Shown here: positions 48,144 to 58,548 of the stretch, one piece after another
How the letters are laid out: each line of letters starts with the position of its first letter
How positions within the stretch are numbered: the first letter of the stretch is position 1
Source of the DNA: an uncultured Acidobacteriaceae bacterium
GTDB taxonomy: Bacteria > Acidobacteriota > Terriglobia > Terriglobales > Acidobacteriaceae
Assembly: GCA_963722365.1 (NCBI GenBank)
Contig: CAVRLM010000009.1
Coordinates: 188,861 to 252,860 of the forward strand
Length of the DNA stretch: 64,000 nucleotides
Reading direction: 5' to 3'
Notes under the pieces: generated by a model
Database searches by the model: none
What the model was told of the DNA's origin: nothing
The model's input: only the letters and a program-made list of their open reading frames with translations
Made by a program: the position numbers and the translations under genes

Positions 48144-48968
48144 ATGTTCGTCGATTCTCACGCACATCTCGATGGCAAACAGTTTGACTCGGATCGCGAG
48201 CAGGTGATCGCTCGCGCCCGCCAGGCCGGCGTACAAACGATGGTGGCGATCGGAAACGGTGACGGCCCTCCGACGCTGGACGCCGGAATACAGCTCGCCG
48301 AGCAATATCCGTTCATCTACGCAACCATCGGCATCCATCCGCACGAAGCCAGGCTCGCCGATGATGCGGCGTATCAGACGATGGAACGCCTGGCGCGACA
48401 TCCCAAAGTGATTGTCTGGGGCGAGATCGGGCTGGATTACTACTACGATCACTCTCCTCGCGATACCCAGAAGCAGGTCTTCTCCCGGCAAATGGAGCTA
48501 GCGGCAGCCGCGAAGCTCCCCATCGTAATCCACAACCGGCCTTCCGACGGCAGCGACAATGCCTGGGATGACTGCCTCGCCATGATCAATCAACAATGGG
48601 CGCCGAGCGGATTGGGCGGGATTCTGCACTGCTTCACGGGAAACTGGGGACAGGCCAAGCGCGCCCTCGACATGGGCTTCATGATCTCGTTTGCCGGCAA
48701 CTTAACTTTCCCCAAGGCACAGCAGATTCGCGACGCGGCTCTTGCGGTTCCACTCGACCGCATGTTGATCGAGACCGACTGCCCCTACCTGGCACCCGTC
48801 CCGCACCGAGGCAAGCGCAACGAACCTGCTTTTGTGAAGGAAACGGCGGGCAAACTGGCCGAACTACGCGGATTGTCCACAGAAGAAGTGGGCGAGCAGA
48901 CCTCCCGTAATTTCTACAATTTTTTCAAATTGACTGAAATGATTGAAAGCAAAGTTCCCGCCCGCTGA
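48144..48968 (+). CDS. TatD family metal-dependent hydrolase
   Basis: MFVDSHAHLD...IGLDYYYD...HCF.G...ETDCPYL. It follows metG, as in many bacteria. Confidence 0.9.
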   Translation: MFVDSHAHLDGKQFDSDREQVIARARQAGVQTMVAIGNGDGPPTLDAGIQLAEQYPFIYATIGIHPHEARLADDAAYQTMERLARHPKVIVWGEIGLDYYYDHSPRDTQKQVFSRQMELAAAAKLPIVIHNRPSDGSDNAWDDCLAMINQQWAPSGLGGILHCFTGNWGQAKRALDMGFMISFAGNLTFPKAQQIRDAALAVPLDRMLIETDCPYLAPVPHRGKRNEPAFVKETAGKLAELRGLSTEEVGEQTSRNFYNFFKLTEMIESKVPAR

Positions 48969-49029
48969 AACGCGCAGTTCTGGTAGTCTCAGTGGTTAGA
49001 TTCCTTTCTTTCAGAAAGATTAGAAATGT

Positions 49030-49524
49030 ATGCCCGATAACAGTTTCGACGTCGTAAGCAAGATCGATCTGAATGAGGTTTCGAACGCCATTCAGCAGGC
49101 GCTCAAGGAGATTCATACGCGCTTCGACCTGAAAGATTCGAAGTCGAATATCGAACTCGAAAAAGACGCCATGGTGCTGCACTCCGCCGATGAGTACAAG
49201 CTGAAAGCCGTGAACGACATTCTCCAGCAAAAGCTGGTAAAACGCGGAGTTTCCCTAAAAGGCCTGACTTACGGCCCGGTCGAATCCGCCGCCGGAGGAA
49301 CAGCCAAGCGCAAAGTCACCATGCAGCAGGGGATCGTCATCGAAAAAGCCCGCGAGATCGTAAAGCTGGTGAAGGACTCGAAAAAGAAAGCGCAAGCCTC
49401 GATTCAGGGAGATCTTGTCCGCATCAGCAGCAAAGACCGCGATACCCTGCAGGAAACCATTGCGCTCCTGAAGGGACACGATTTCGGAATCGATTTGCAG
49501 TTTACGAACTATCGCACGAACTAG
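49030..49524 (+). CDS. yajQ: YajQ family (UPF0234) nucleotide-binding protein
   Basis: MPDNSFDVVSKIDLNEVSNAIQQALKEIHTRFDLKDSKS.... 164 aa. Confidence 0.88.
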   Translation: MPDNSFDVVSKIDLNEVSNAIQQALKEIHTRFDLKDSKSNIELEKDAMVLHSADEYKLKAVNDILQQKLVKRGVSLKGLTYGPVESAAGGTAKRKVTMQQGIVIEKAREIVKLVKDSKKKAQASIQGDLVRISSKDRDTLQETIALLKGHDFGIDLQFTNYRTN

Positions 49525-49531
49525 AGACTGC

Positions 49532-49616
49532 TTCACCACGGAGACGCGGAGTCACAGAGAAGTTCAGGGGCTTTCGATTCAGTTTTTAGTTTTCTCTTCT
49601 CCTCTCCGTGGTGAAA
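49532..49616. repeat. Perfect 13-bp inverted repeat (TTCACCACGGAGA / TCTCCGTGGTGAA) flanking 59 nt, filling the yajQ-to-polyprenyl-synthase gap
   Basis: Arms at 49532-49544 and 49604-49616. The interior has a T-rich run (agtttttagttttctcttctcc). Confidence 0.7.
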
Positions 49617-49618
49617 AC

Positions 49619-50626
49619 GTGGTTGGACTTTCAAAATTGAGCGCATCGACCACCATTAACGGGAAGGAAGTCTTCGATCTGCTGCGAGACGATCTCGTGG
49701 CACTGGAAGACGAGTTCGGCCGCGACACCGTCTCGGGCGTTCAGGCCATCACCGAGATTGGTGAGTACCTGCGCAACGGTGGCGGCAAGAGAATTCGTCC
49801 TGCCCTGCTGCTGCTTTCCGCGAAACTGCTTGACTATCAGGGGCAAGGCGCCGTCCGCTTAGGGGCGGTCGTAGAGATCATTCACACCGCGACCCTCGTA
49901 CACGACGACATTATTGACGAGGCCAAGACGCGCCGGGGCCGTCCCGCGGCCAATACGCAGTGGGGCAATTCGAAATGCGTGCTGGCCGGCGACTGGCTGT
50001 ACATGCAGGCCTTCAAGATCGCGGTGCAGGAGCGTAACTTTCGAATTCTCGACACGCTGATCGAACTCACCCAGCAGATGGTTGAGGGCGAACTGCTGCA
50101 AATGGAAAAGTTGGGCAAGCTGATCACGCTCGACGAGCACTTCGACCTCATCTTCCGCAAGACCGCCTGCCTGTTCTCAGTCTGCATGCGCCTGGGAGCA
50201 ATTCTGGGCGGCGCGACGGCCGAGCAGGAAGAGGCTCTAGGCCGTTACGGACACAACCTGGGGATGGCTTTTCAGATTGTCGATGATGTGCTCGATCTGA
50301 CTGCAACGGAAGATGTGCTGGGCAAGCCCGTCGCCAGCGATCTGCGCGAGGGCAAGGCCACCATGGCGGTCATCCATGCCATTGAACGCTGCACCGCCGA
50401 AGAGCGGACCAAGATCGAGACGGTGTTGCAGCACGGCGCTTTCAACGGCGTGACCCATGCGGAGATCCTGGAAATTCTGCAGCTCTACGGCTCCCTGGAA
50501 GCTGCCACGGCGATGGCCGTGCAATACGCGGAATCCGCCTGTAAGTCCATTTGCACCTTCCCCGACACGGAGATTAAGCGTGCCCTGCTCTGGGCGCCCG
50601 AGTTTGTGGTCGCGCGAGAGAAATAG
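49619..50626 (+). CDS. Polyprenyl diphosphate synthase (IspB/octaprenyl-type)
   Basis: GTG start. First and second Asp-rich motifs LVHDDIIDE and QIVDDVLD. Confidence 0.88.
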   Translation: MVGLSKLSASTTINGKEVFDLLRDDLVALEDEFGRDTVSGVQAITEIGEYLRNGGGKRIRPALLLLSAKLLDYQGQGAVRLGAVVEIIHTATLVHDDIIDEAKTRRGRPAANTQWGNSKCVLAGDWLYMQAFKIAVQERNFRILDTLIELTQQMVEGELLQMEKLGKLITLDEHFDLIFRKTACLFSVCMRLGAILGGATAEQEEALGRYGHNLGMAFQIVDDVLDLTATEDVLGKPVASDLREGKATMAVIHAIERCTAEERTKIETVLQHGAFNGVTHAEILEILQLYGSLEAATAMAVQYAESACKSICTFPDTEIKRALLWAPEFVVAREK

Positions 50627-50911
50627 GGACCTGCGGCGGAAATACCTGCCTCGCGCCCTGTGAGCCTAAGCACAGAAGCCCCCTCTAAATAAAATTGACC
50701 GCCGTCACCATCAGCCGTGACCGATGTTACAGACTATTTTTCTCGTCCGTTTAAGAATGCGGGCAGTTGCTGGGAATGTCCGCCAGAGCGGAAGGCTAAC
50801 GAGACGCACTGGCATGTGACGAGGCGCGAGAATCGCGACCTCAATCTCCCCCCGGCACCTGAGAAAGGCAGGTCGTCGAGGGTCCTGTCCGCTGCGGACG
50901 AACCATCAACG

Positions 50912-51015
50912 AAGACGGCGGCTTCAGTCGAAGCTTTAGACGAAAGGCGCCTGGGTTTTTCGACGCGCCGGCCCGGACAGGGTCGGAAAAGACTTCGAGT
51001 GCAAGCCGCTGTCTT
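50912..51015 (+). ncRNA. Candidate structured RNA or palindromic element: 104-nt hairpin formed by a 26-nt imperfect inverted repeat
   Basis: 50912-50937 pairs with 51015-50988: 25 pairs (one G-U), one G/G mismatch, two 1-nt bulges. The 50-nt interior holds smaller hairpins (GGCGC...GCGCC, CCC-ggaca-GGG). No credible ORF on either strand. Confidence 0.3.
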
Positions 51016-51070
51016 GCTCACCCTGAACGAGGATAGTCCTCCTGACAGACTCGCTCCTCGTGCAACAATA

Positions 51071-51110
51071 GCCGGGCGTCGGTCCATCGGACCCGCCCGG
51101 CTTTGTTTAT
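51071..51110 (+). terminator. Intrinsic terminator
   Basis: GCCGGGCG-tc-GGTCC-atc-GGACC-CGCCCGGC followed by TTTGTTTAT. It lies 445 nt after the polyprenyl synthase stop and 70 nt before the DedA start. Confidence 0.7.
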
Positions 51111-51180
51111 ACTGAACCCTTTACTGGATTCGCGGAATCAAAGCTGTGCACGCGCAGAGCCCGGTAAACTCTAGCTGCCT

Positions 51181-52152
51181 ATGAATGATCTACTCTCCAT
51201 GATGGCGCGCCACGGGTATGCCTTGACGTTCGTCTTGCTGTTTGCGGAAGCCATTGGCCTTCCGTTCCCCGCAGCGATCGCCCTGGTGGCGGCCGGCGCC
51301 GCCGTCGCGTCGCATACCCTCGCAGGCGGCGGGGTTGTGCTGGCGGCCATGGTCGCCCTCATGATCGGCGACACATTGCAGTTTTGGCTCGGGCGCTACA
51401 CCGGATGGGCTCTGCTGGGATTGCTTTGCCGCCTGTCGATGAATCCGGAAACCTGCATGCTGCGGTCCGCCGAATCGTTTTATAAACGCGGTAAGAAAAC
51501 CCTGCTCGTGGCCAAGTTCATTCCCGGTATTAACACCATGGCCGCGCCTCTGGCGGGCAGCATGAAAATGCGCTTCGGCCAATTCTTCCGCCTCGACCTG
51601 GCTGGAGCGCTGCTCTATACCGTGACCTACCTTCTGGTGGGTTACGTCTCCCGCGATTTTCTGGCAGCGACGTTGAACGGCTTCCATGCGGCCGGCCGCG
51701 CCATGGAAGTCATCATCATTGCCGTGTTGATCGCATACTCGGTCTACCGCGTCTCGCAGTTCTATCGCTACAGCAAGTACCGGATCATGCCACGGATCCA
51801 GGTGCAGGAACTCGCAGCGCGTATCGCGGCGGGCGACGGCGACCGGTTGCAAATCGTCGACGTGCGCAGCCACGGTTATTACGATATCGGCGCCGAGCGC
51901 ATCAAAGGCTCGATTCGAATAGAGCCCAACAACCTCGACGAGGAGCTCAAGAATCTGTCCAAAGACAAGGACATTTACTTGTACTGTACTTGAACACGCG
52001 AAGCGACTAGCGCCCGGGTGGCGCATCTACTGCAGGAAAGAGGCTTCAACACGTTCGTGATCGTCGGAGGACTGACCGCCTGGCTCAAGGCCGGAGGTCC
52101 GCTGGAATCGATTCCCAAGAACGATCTGGTCAAGCTCCCGACCTTCTCGTAG
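51181..52152 (+). CDS. DedA-family membrane protein fused to a rhodanese domain; contains an in-frame TGA (51991-51993) inside the rhodanese active-site loop (Sec candidate or nonsense mutation)
   Basis: ORF 51181..51993 holds the DedA/SNARE-associated core (LLFAEAIGLPFP...) and the N-terminal half of a rhodanese domain (...LQIVDVRSHGYYD...IKGSIRI...DIYLYCT*). The same frame continues TREATSARVAHLLQERGFNTFVIVGGLTAWLKAGGPLE... to TAG 52150-52152. Confidence 0.6.
52010..52024 (+). promoter_or_regulatory. SECIS-like hairpin 16 nt downstream of the in-frame UGA
   Basis: GCGCC-CGGGU-GGCGC: a 5-bp GC stem whose apical loop contains GGU. Confidence 0.3.
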
Positions 52153-52163
52153 GCGCTTCCATC

Positions 52164-52613
52164 TCAGGCGCCGAATTGCCGCAAGTGATGGTCTAAATGT
52201 TTGTACATCCCTCGGCTCCACTGCGGCGGAGTGAGAGCGCCGAAAAAGGGATGCGGGTTCCGGGTGCATTTCGCTTCCCCACCCTCATAGAACAGCCGTA
52301 CGCAGCGTTTGAGTTGCTCCTTCTCGCGCAGGAAATCCTTCTTGTCTGACATAACCAATTTCTTGTCCGTGGGACTGTTGCGCGAAAACGGCTTCTCATT
52401 CCAGTACATTGGTTTGACCAAGGGCCCGATCAGCCTGCCAATCAAGATTCGCGGCAGAATGAGCTTGCCCGAAGCCATATCGAGGGCCGCGGAACAATGC
52501 GCCATCATCTGCGCGACGTCCATCTTGCCCCACTGGCGTTCTGCGGCAGGCTGAAGCGTGTCAATCCGCGAAATTACTTGGTCGATTGTTTCTCGCTCGA
52601 AAAGATTTTTCAT
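52164..52613 (-). CDS. DUF1569 (DinB-like) protein
   Basis: Internal ATG 52613 gives MKNLFERETIDQVISRIDTLQPAAERQWGKMDVAQMMAHC...HPFFGALTPPQWSRGMYKHLDHHLRQFG. The longer ORF prefix looks non-coding. Confidence 0.75.
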   Translation of the reverse strand: MKNLFERETIDQVISRIDTLQPAAERQWGKMDVAQMMAHCSAALDMASGKLILPRILIGRLIGPLVKPMYWNEKPFSRNSPTDKKLVMSDKKDFLREKEQLKRCVRLFYEGGEAKCTRNPHPFFGALTPPQWSRGMYKHLDHHLRQFGA

Positions 52614-52779
52614 ACCGATCCTGCTAAGGCTATGATCGTCAAAAATCATAGCACCATCGACGCACAGGATTTGGATTAGCGGCAGGGTTAGGATCGTGGG
52701 ATCCATCGCTGCCGATCCTCCTCTAGAATTTGCCGGCAAATTCGCAGAGATGGTGTAGCATTGTCGGGCTTTTGCCCCA

Positions 52780-54075
52780 ATGCCTGCTACCTCAACCCAC
52801 GAAGCGCCCCGCAGCGCAGCGATGAATGGCGTCCTGTTTCTGTTAAGCCTGTCGATTCTCATCAACTACATCGACCGCAGCAATCTCTCGATTGCGGCGC
52901 CACTCATCAAGGGCGAGCTCGGCCTCTCGGACTGGCAACTCGGCACGCTGTTGGCAGCCTTCTTTTGGACCTATGGGTTCATGCAGATTCCTGCGGGCTG
53001 GCTGGTCGACCGTTTCGACGTGAAGTGGGTCTTCGCCGCGGGGTTCTTCCTGTGGTCCACGGCGACGGCCGTCACGGGAATCTTGCACGGATTTGCCGCC
53101 CTGATTGTCATCCGCATAATTCTAGGTGTGGGCGAATCAGTGGCTTTTCCGTCCTACTGTAAGATTCTCGGCACCCACTTCACTGAGAGTCGCCGCGGTT
53201 TCGCGAATGCCGCCATTATGGCTGGCCTTGGATTGGGTCCAGCCATCGGTATTCTCGTCGGCGGGAACGTGGTGGGGCGCTTTGGCTGGCGGCCGTTCTT
53301 CCTGGTCCTGGGCCTGGGAGCACTGCTGTGGCTGATCCCGTGGATAAGCTTGATGCCGCGCCGTACTCGAACTGCCGCCCCAGTCGGCGAAGTCACCGTT
53401 GGGATTCTCGATATTCTGAGACAACGGTCTGCTTGGGGCACGTGCCTGGGACAGTTCTGCACCAACTACACGCTCTATTTCCTGGTTACTTGGTTGCCGT
53501 CGTACCTGATTCGCGGTCGTCACCTTTCGATGAATCAAATGGCAAAGGTGGGCGGACTGGTCTTTTTCCTGGCGTCGATTTCAGGAATCGTCTTGGGGAA
53601 GCTCTCGGACCAGTGGATCGCCGCGGGATCCTCCACAACGCTCGTCCGAAAGACCATGCTCGGCGTGGGACAGACTGGCTTGGGGATTTTGCTGGCTGCC
53701 GCGGCATTTGCACCCGACAGCGTTTTCATATGGGTCCTGGCCCCGGCCGGCATCTTCCTCGGAATGAGCGGCAACAATTGCTGGGCAGTCTCGCAGACTC
53801 TGGCGGGAACGAAGGTCGCAGGCCGTTGGGCCGGACTGCAGAATTTCGTCGGCAACTTCGCCGGCGCTGTGGCGCCGATGCTGACCGGATACCTGTTGGG
53901 CCGCACCGGAGAGTTTTATTGGCCGGTGGTGATCGCAGCAGTGGTTTCGTGGATCAGCGCGCTCAGCTGGGTATTCGCCGTGGGTCCGATCGAACCGGTG
54001 GACTGGGAAAAGAAACTTGGGCCCGATCGATTTCCCCTTAGCGCGACAGCAGCGACGGGTGCGGCCCGGCCGTAA
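52780..54075 (+). CDS. MFS transporter (anion:cation symporter / hexuronate-like subfamily)
   Basis: ...INYIDRSNLSIAAPLIKGELGLS..QLG.L.AAFFWTYGFMQIPAGWLVDRF.... About 12 hydrophobic segments. Confidence 0.85.
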   Translation: MPATSTHEAPRSAAMNGVLFLLSLSILINYIDRSNLSIAAPLIKGELGLSDWQLGTLLAAFFWTYGFMQIPAGWLVDRFDVKWVFAAGFFLWSTATAVTGILHGFAALIVIRIILGVGESVAFPSYCKILGTHFTESRRGFANAAIMAGLGLGPAIGILVGGNVVGRFGWRPFFLVLGLGALLWLIPWISLMPRRTRTAAPVGEVTVGILDILRQRSAWGTCLGQFCTNYTLYFLVTWLPSYLIRGRHLSMNQMAKVGGLVFFLASISGIVLGKLSDQWIAAGSSTTLVRKTMLGVGQTGLGILLAAAAFAPDSVFIWVLAPAGIFLGMSGNNCWAVSQTLAGTKVAGRWAGLQNFVGNFAGAVAPMLTGYLLGRTGEFYWPVVIAAVVSWISALSWVFAVGPIEPVDWEKKLGPDRFPLSATAATGAARP

Positions 54076-54089
54076 TACACTCTTCCTGA

Positions 54090-54647
54090 ATGCCACGCGA
54101 AATCGAAGTCAAATTTCAGGTGAAGGATGTGCGGAACCTGGTCCGCTCCTTACGGGCGGCTGGATTTCGTCTGGTCACTCCACGCACCAACGAGATGAAT
54201 ACGCTCTATGACCTGCCGGGAGGAGTCTTGCGGATGCGACGGGAACTCCTGCGACTGCGAAGGTACGGATCAGCGTGGAAGTTGACTCACAAAAGCGGCG
54301 GCACGAAAGGCCGTCACAGCAGTCGCGTGGAATTGGAAACGGGCGTGGCCGACGGAAAGACGATGGACGCGATCCTGCGCGGATTAGGGTACGCTCCAAC
54401 TTTCCGCTACGAAAAGTTTCGCGCCGAATGGACCGACAGCAAAGGTCAGGTGGTCGTAGACGAAACGCCGATCGGGAATTTCTGCGAGATCGAAGGCCCG
54501 CCGCGTTGGATCGACGCGACGGCGAAGAAACTGGGAGTCACTCCGGCAGAATACATCACCAAGAATTACGCAACGCTTTTCATGGAGTGGAAGAAGGCAA
54601 CGAACAGCCCAGCGAACGAAATGACCTTCAAAGCCATTAAGCGATGA
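54090..54647 (+). CDS. CYTH domain protein (class IV adenylate cyclase / triphosphatase fold)
   Basis: MPREIEVKFQV... (ExExK motif). 185 aa. Confidence 0.8.
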   Translation: MPREIEVKFQVKDVRNLVRSLRAAGFRLVTPRTNEMNTLYDLPGGVLRMRRELLRLRRYGSAWKLTHKSGGTKGRHSSRVELETGVADGKTMDAILRGLGYAPTFRYEKFRAEWTDSKGQVVVDETPIGNFCEIEGPPRWIDATAKKLGVTPAEYITKNYATLFMEWKKATNSPANEMTFKAIKR

Positions 54648-54696
54648 TCGGGTGCCCCACCCTGTTGCCAAAATCGCGACAACCAGTTTTAACGCA

Positions 54697-57726
<3,030 letters not shown>

Positions 57727-57866
57727 CCGGAAGTCCTTCAGAGGGCAGCGCGCCCACACTTACCTTTAAAGCCTAGCACATTCGATGCTGGCGGAGTCGC
57801 AACGACGCAGGCATTGCGCACCTCAAGTATAATGGCCGCGTTAGTCGTCTGGCCACGGAGGCTCCC

Positions 57867-58490
57867 ATGACTGCACGCCTCTCCTCACTGGTCCTGTTAG
57901 CCGCGCTGCTGATCGTTCCTGCCACCGCGAAGGACAAGAAGAAAGTTACTCTGCCCGAATATGTTTTGAGAGCCAGCACCGTGCGAGTAGTGATCAACCC
58001 CGACGCCGGCGAGCCGATTGACAATCCCATGGCCAACAGCACCGCGCGCGAGAATGTGGAGAGGGCGTTGATGAATTGGGGCCGCTTTCAACTGGCTCCC
58101 GACGGTGGGGAATCCGATCTGCTGATCGCGGTCCGTACCGGGTCCGGCAAGATGATGCGCCCAACCATCAAGGGCGGGCCGATCGACAATCGTCCCGGCG
58201 AGGCCCAGACCACCGATGACAGCATTCGAATTGGCGGACACCAGGGGCATCCTCCGACGAATGATCCCGGCCTGGGCCCTCAAGGCAGCCCCCGCATGGG
58301 CAATGAGGTCGGCCCGTCCGAGGATATGTTTGAGGTATATCGCGGCGGTACGGTCGATCCGCTGGATGCGCCCGCCGTCTGGCGCTATACCGCGAAGGAC
58401 TGCCTGCGCGCACCCCAGGTTTCTGCCGTCGAGGAATTCCGCAAAGCGATCGCGGAAGCGGAAAAGCCGCAACCACCCAAGAAACCCTGA
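57867..58490 (+). CDS. Secreted hypothetical protein
   Basis: Signal peptide MTARLSSLVLLAALLIVPATA. No recognisable domain. Confidence 0.55.
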   Translation: MTARLSSLVLLAALLIVPATAKDKKKVTLPEYVLRASTVRVVINPDAGEPIDNPMANSTARENVERALMNWGRFQLAPDGGESDLLIAVRTGSGKMMRPTIKGGPIDNRPGEAQTTDDSIRIGGHQGHPPTNDPGLGPQGSPRMGNEVGPSEDMFEVYRGGTVDPLDAPAVWRYTAKDCLRAPQVSAVEEFRKAIAEAEKPQPPKKP

Positions 58491-58548
58491 CCCGAGTACC
58501 GCCAGGCACTGCGTCCGACGGCGCTTTCGTGTATATTCGCCGGGACCA

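Noticed and set aside
50717-51115. 132-aa ORF (and the antisense 117-aa ORF 50734..51087) as a protein gene
   Set aside because: The two ORFs overlap each other. Their composition is Arg/Pro/Ser-rich and typical of non-coding GC-rich DNA. There is no RBS, and the plus-strand ORF reads straight through the terminator stem-loop.
50627-51180. RNase P RNA, tmRNA, SRP RNA, tRNA-Sec or a cobalamin riboswitch in the large gap
   Set aside because: None of the near-invariant signatures is present on either strand: GGAAAGTCCGGGC and ACAGAACCCGGCTTA for RNase P, a T-loop plus CCA for tmRNA or tRNA, GGAAGCAGCC for SRP, and a GCCACTG B12 box in the correct order. The region is therefore reported only as an unclassified structured region.
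58216-58548. 111-codon N-terminal extension of the acyl-ligase fusion ORF
   Set aside because: It overlaps the 3' end of the credible secreted-protein gene 57867..58490 in another frame and looks non-coding (Arg-rich). MPTFYDRF... at 58549 is a typical ligase N-terminus.
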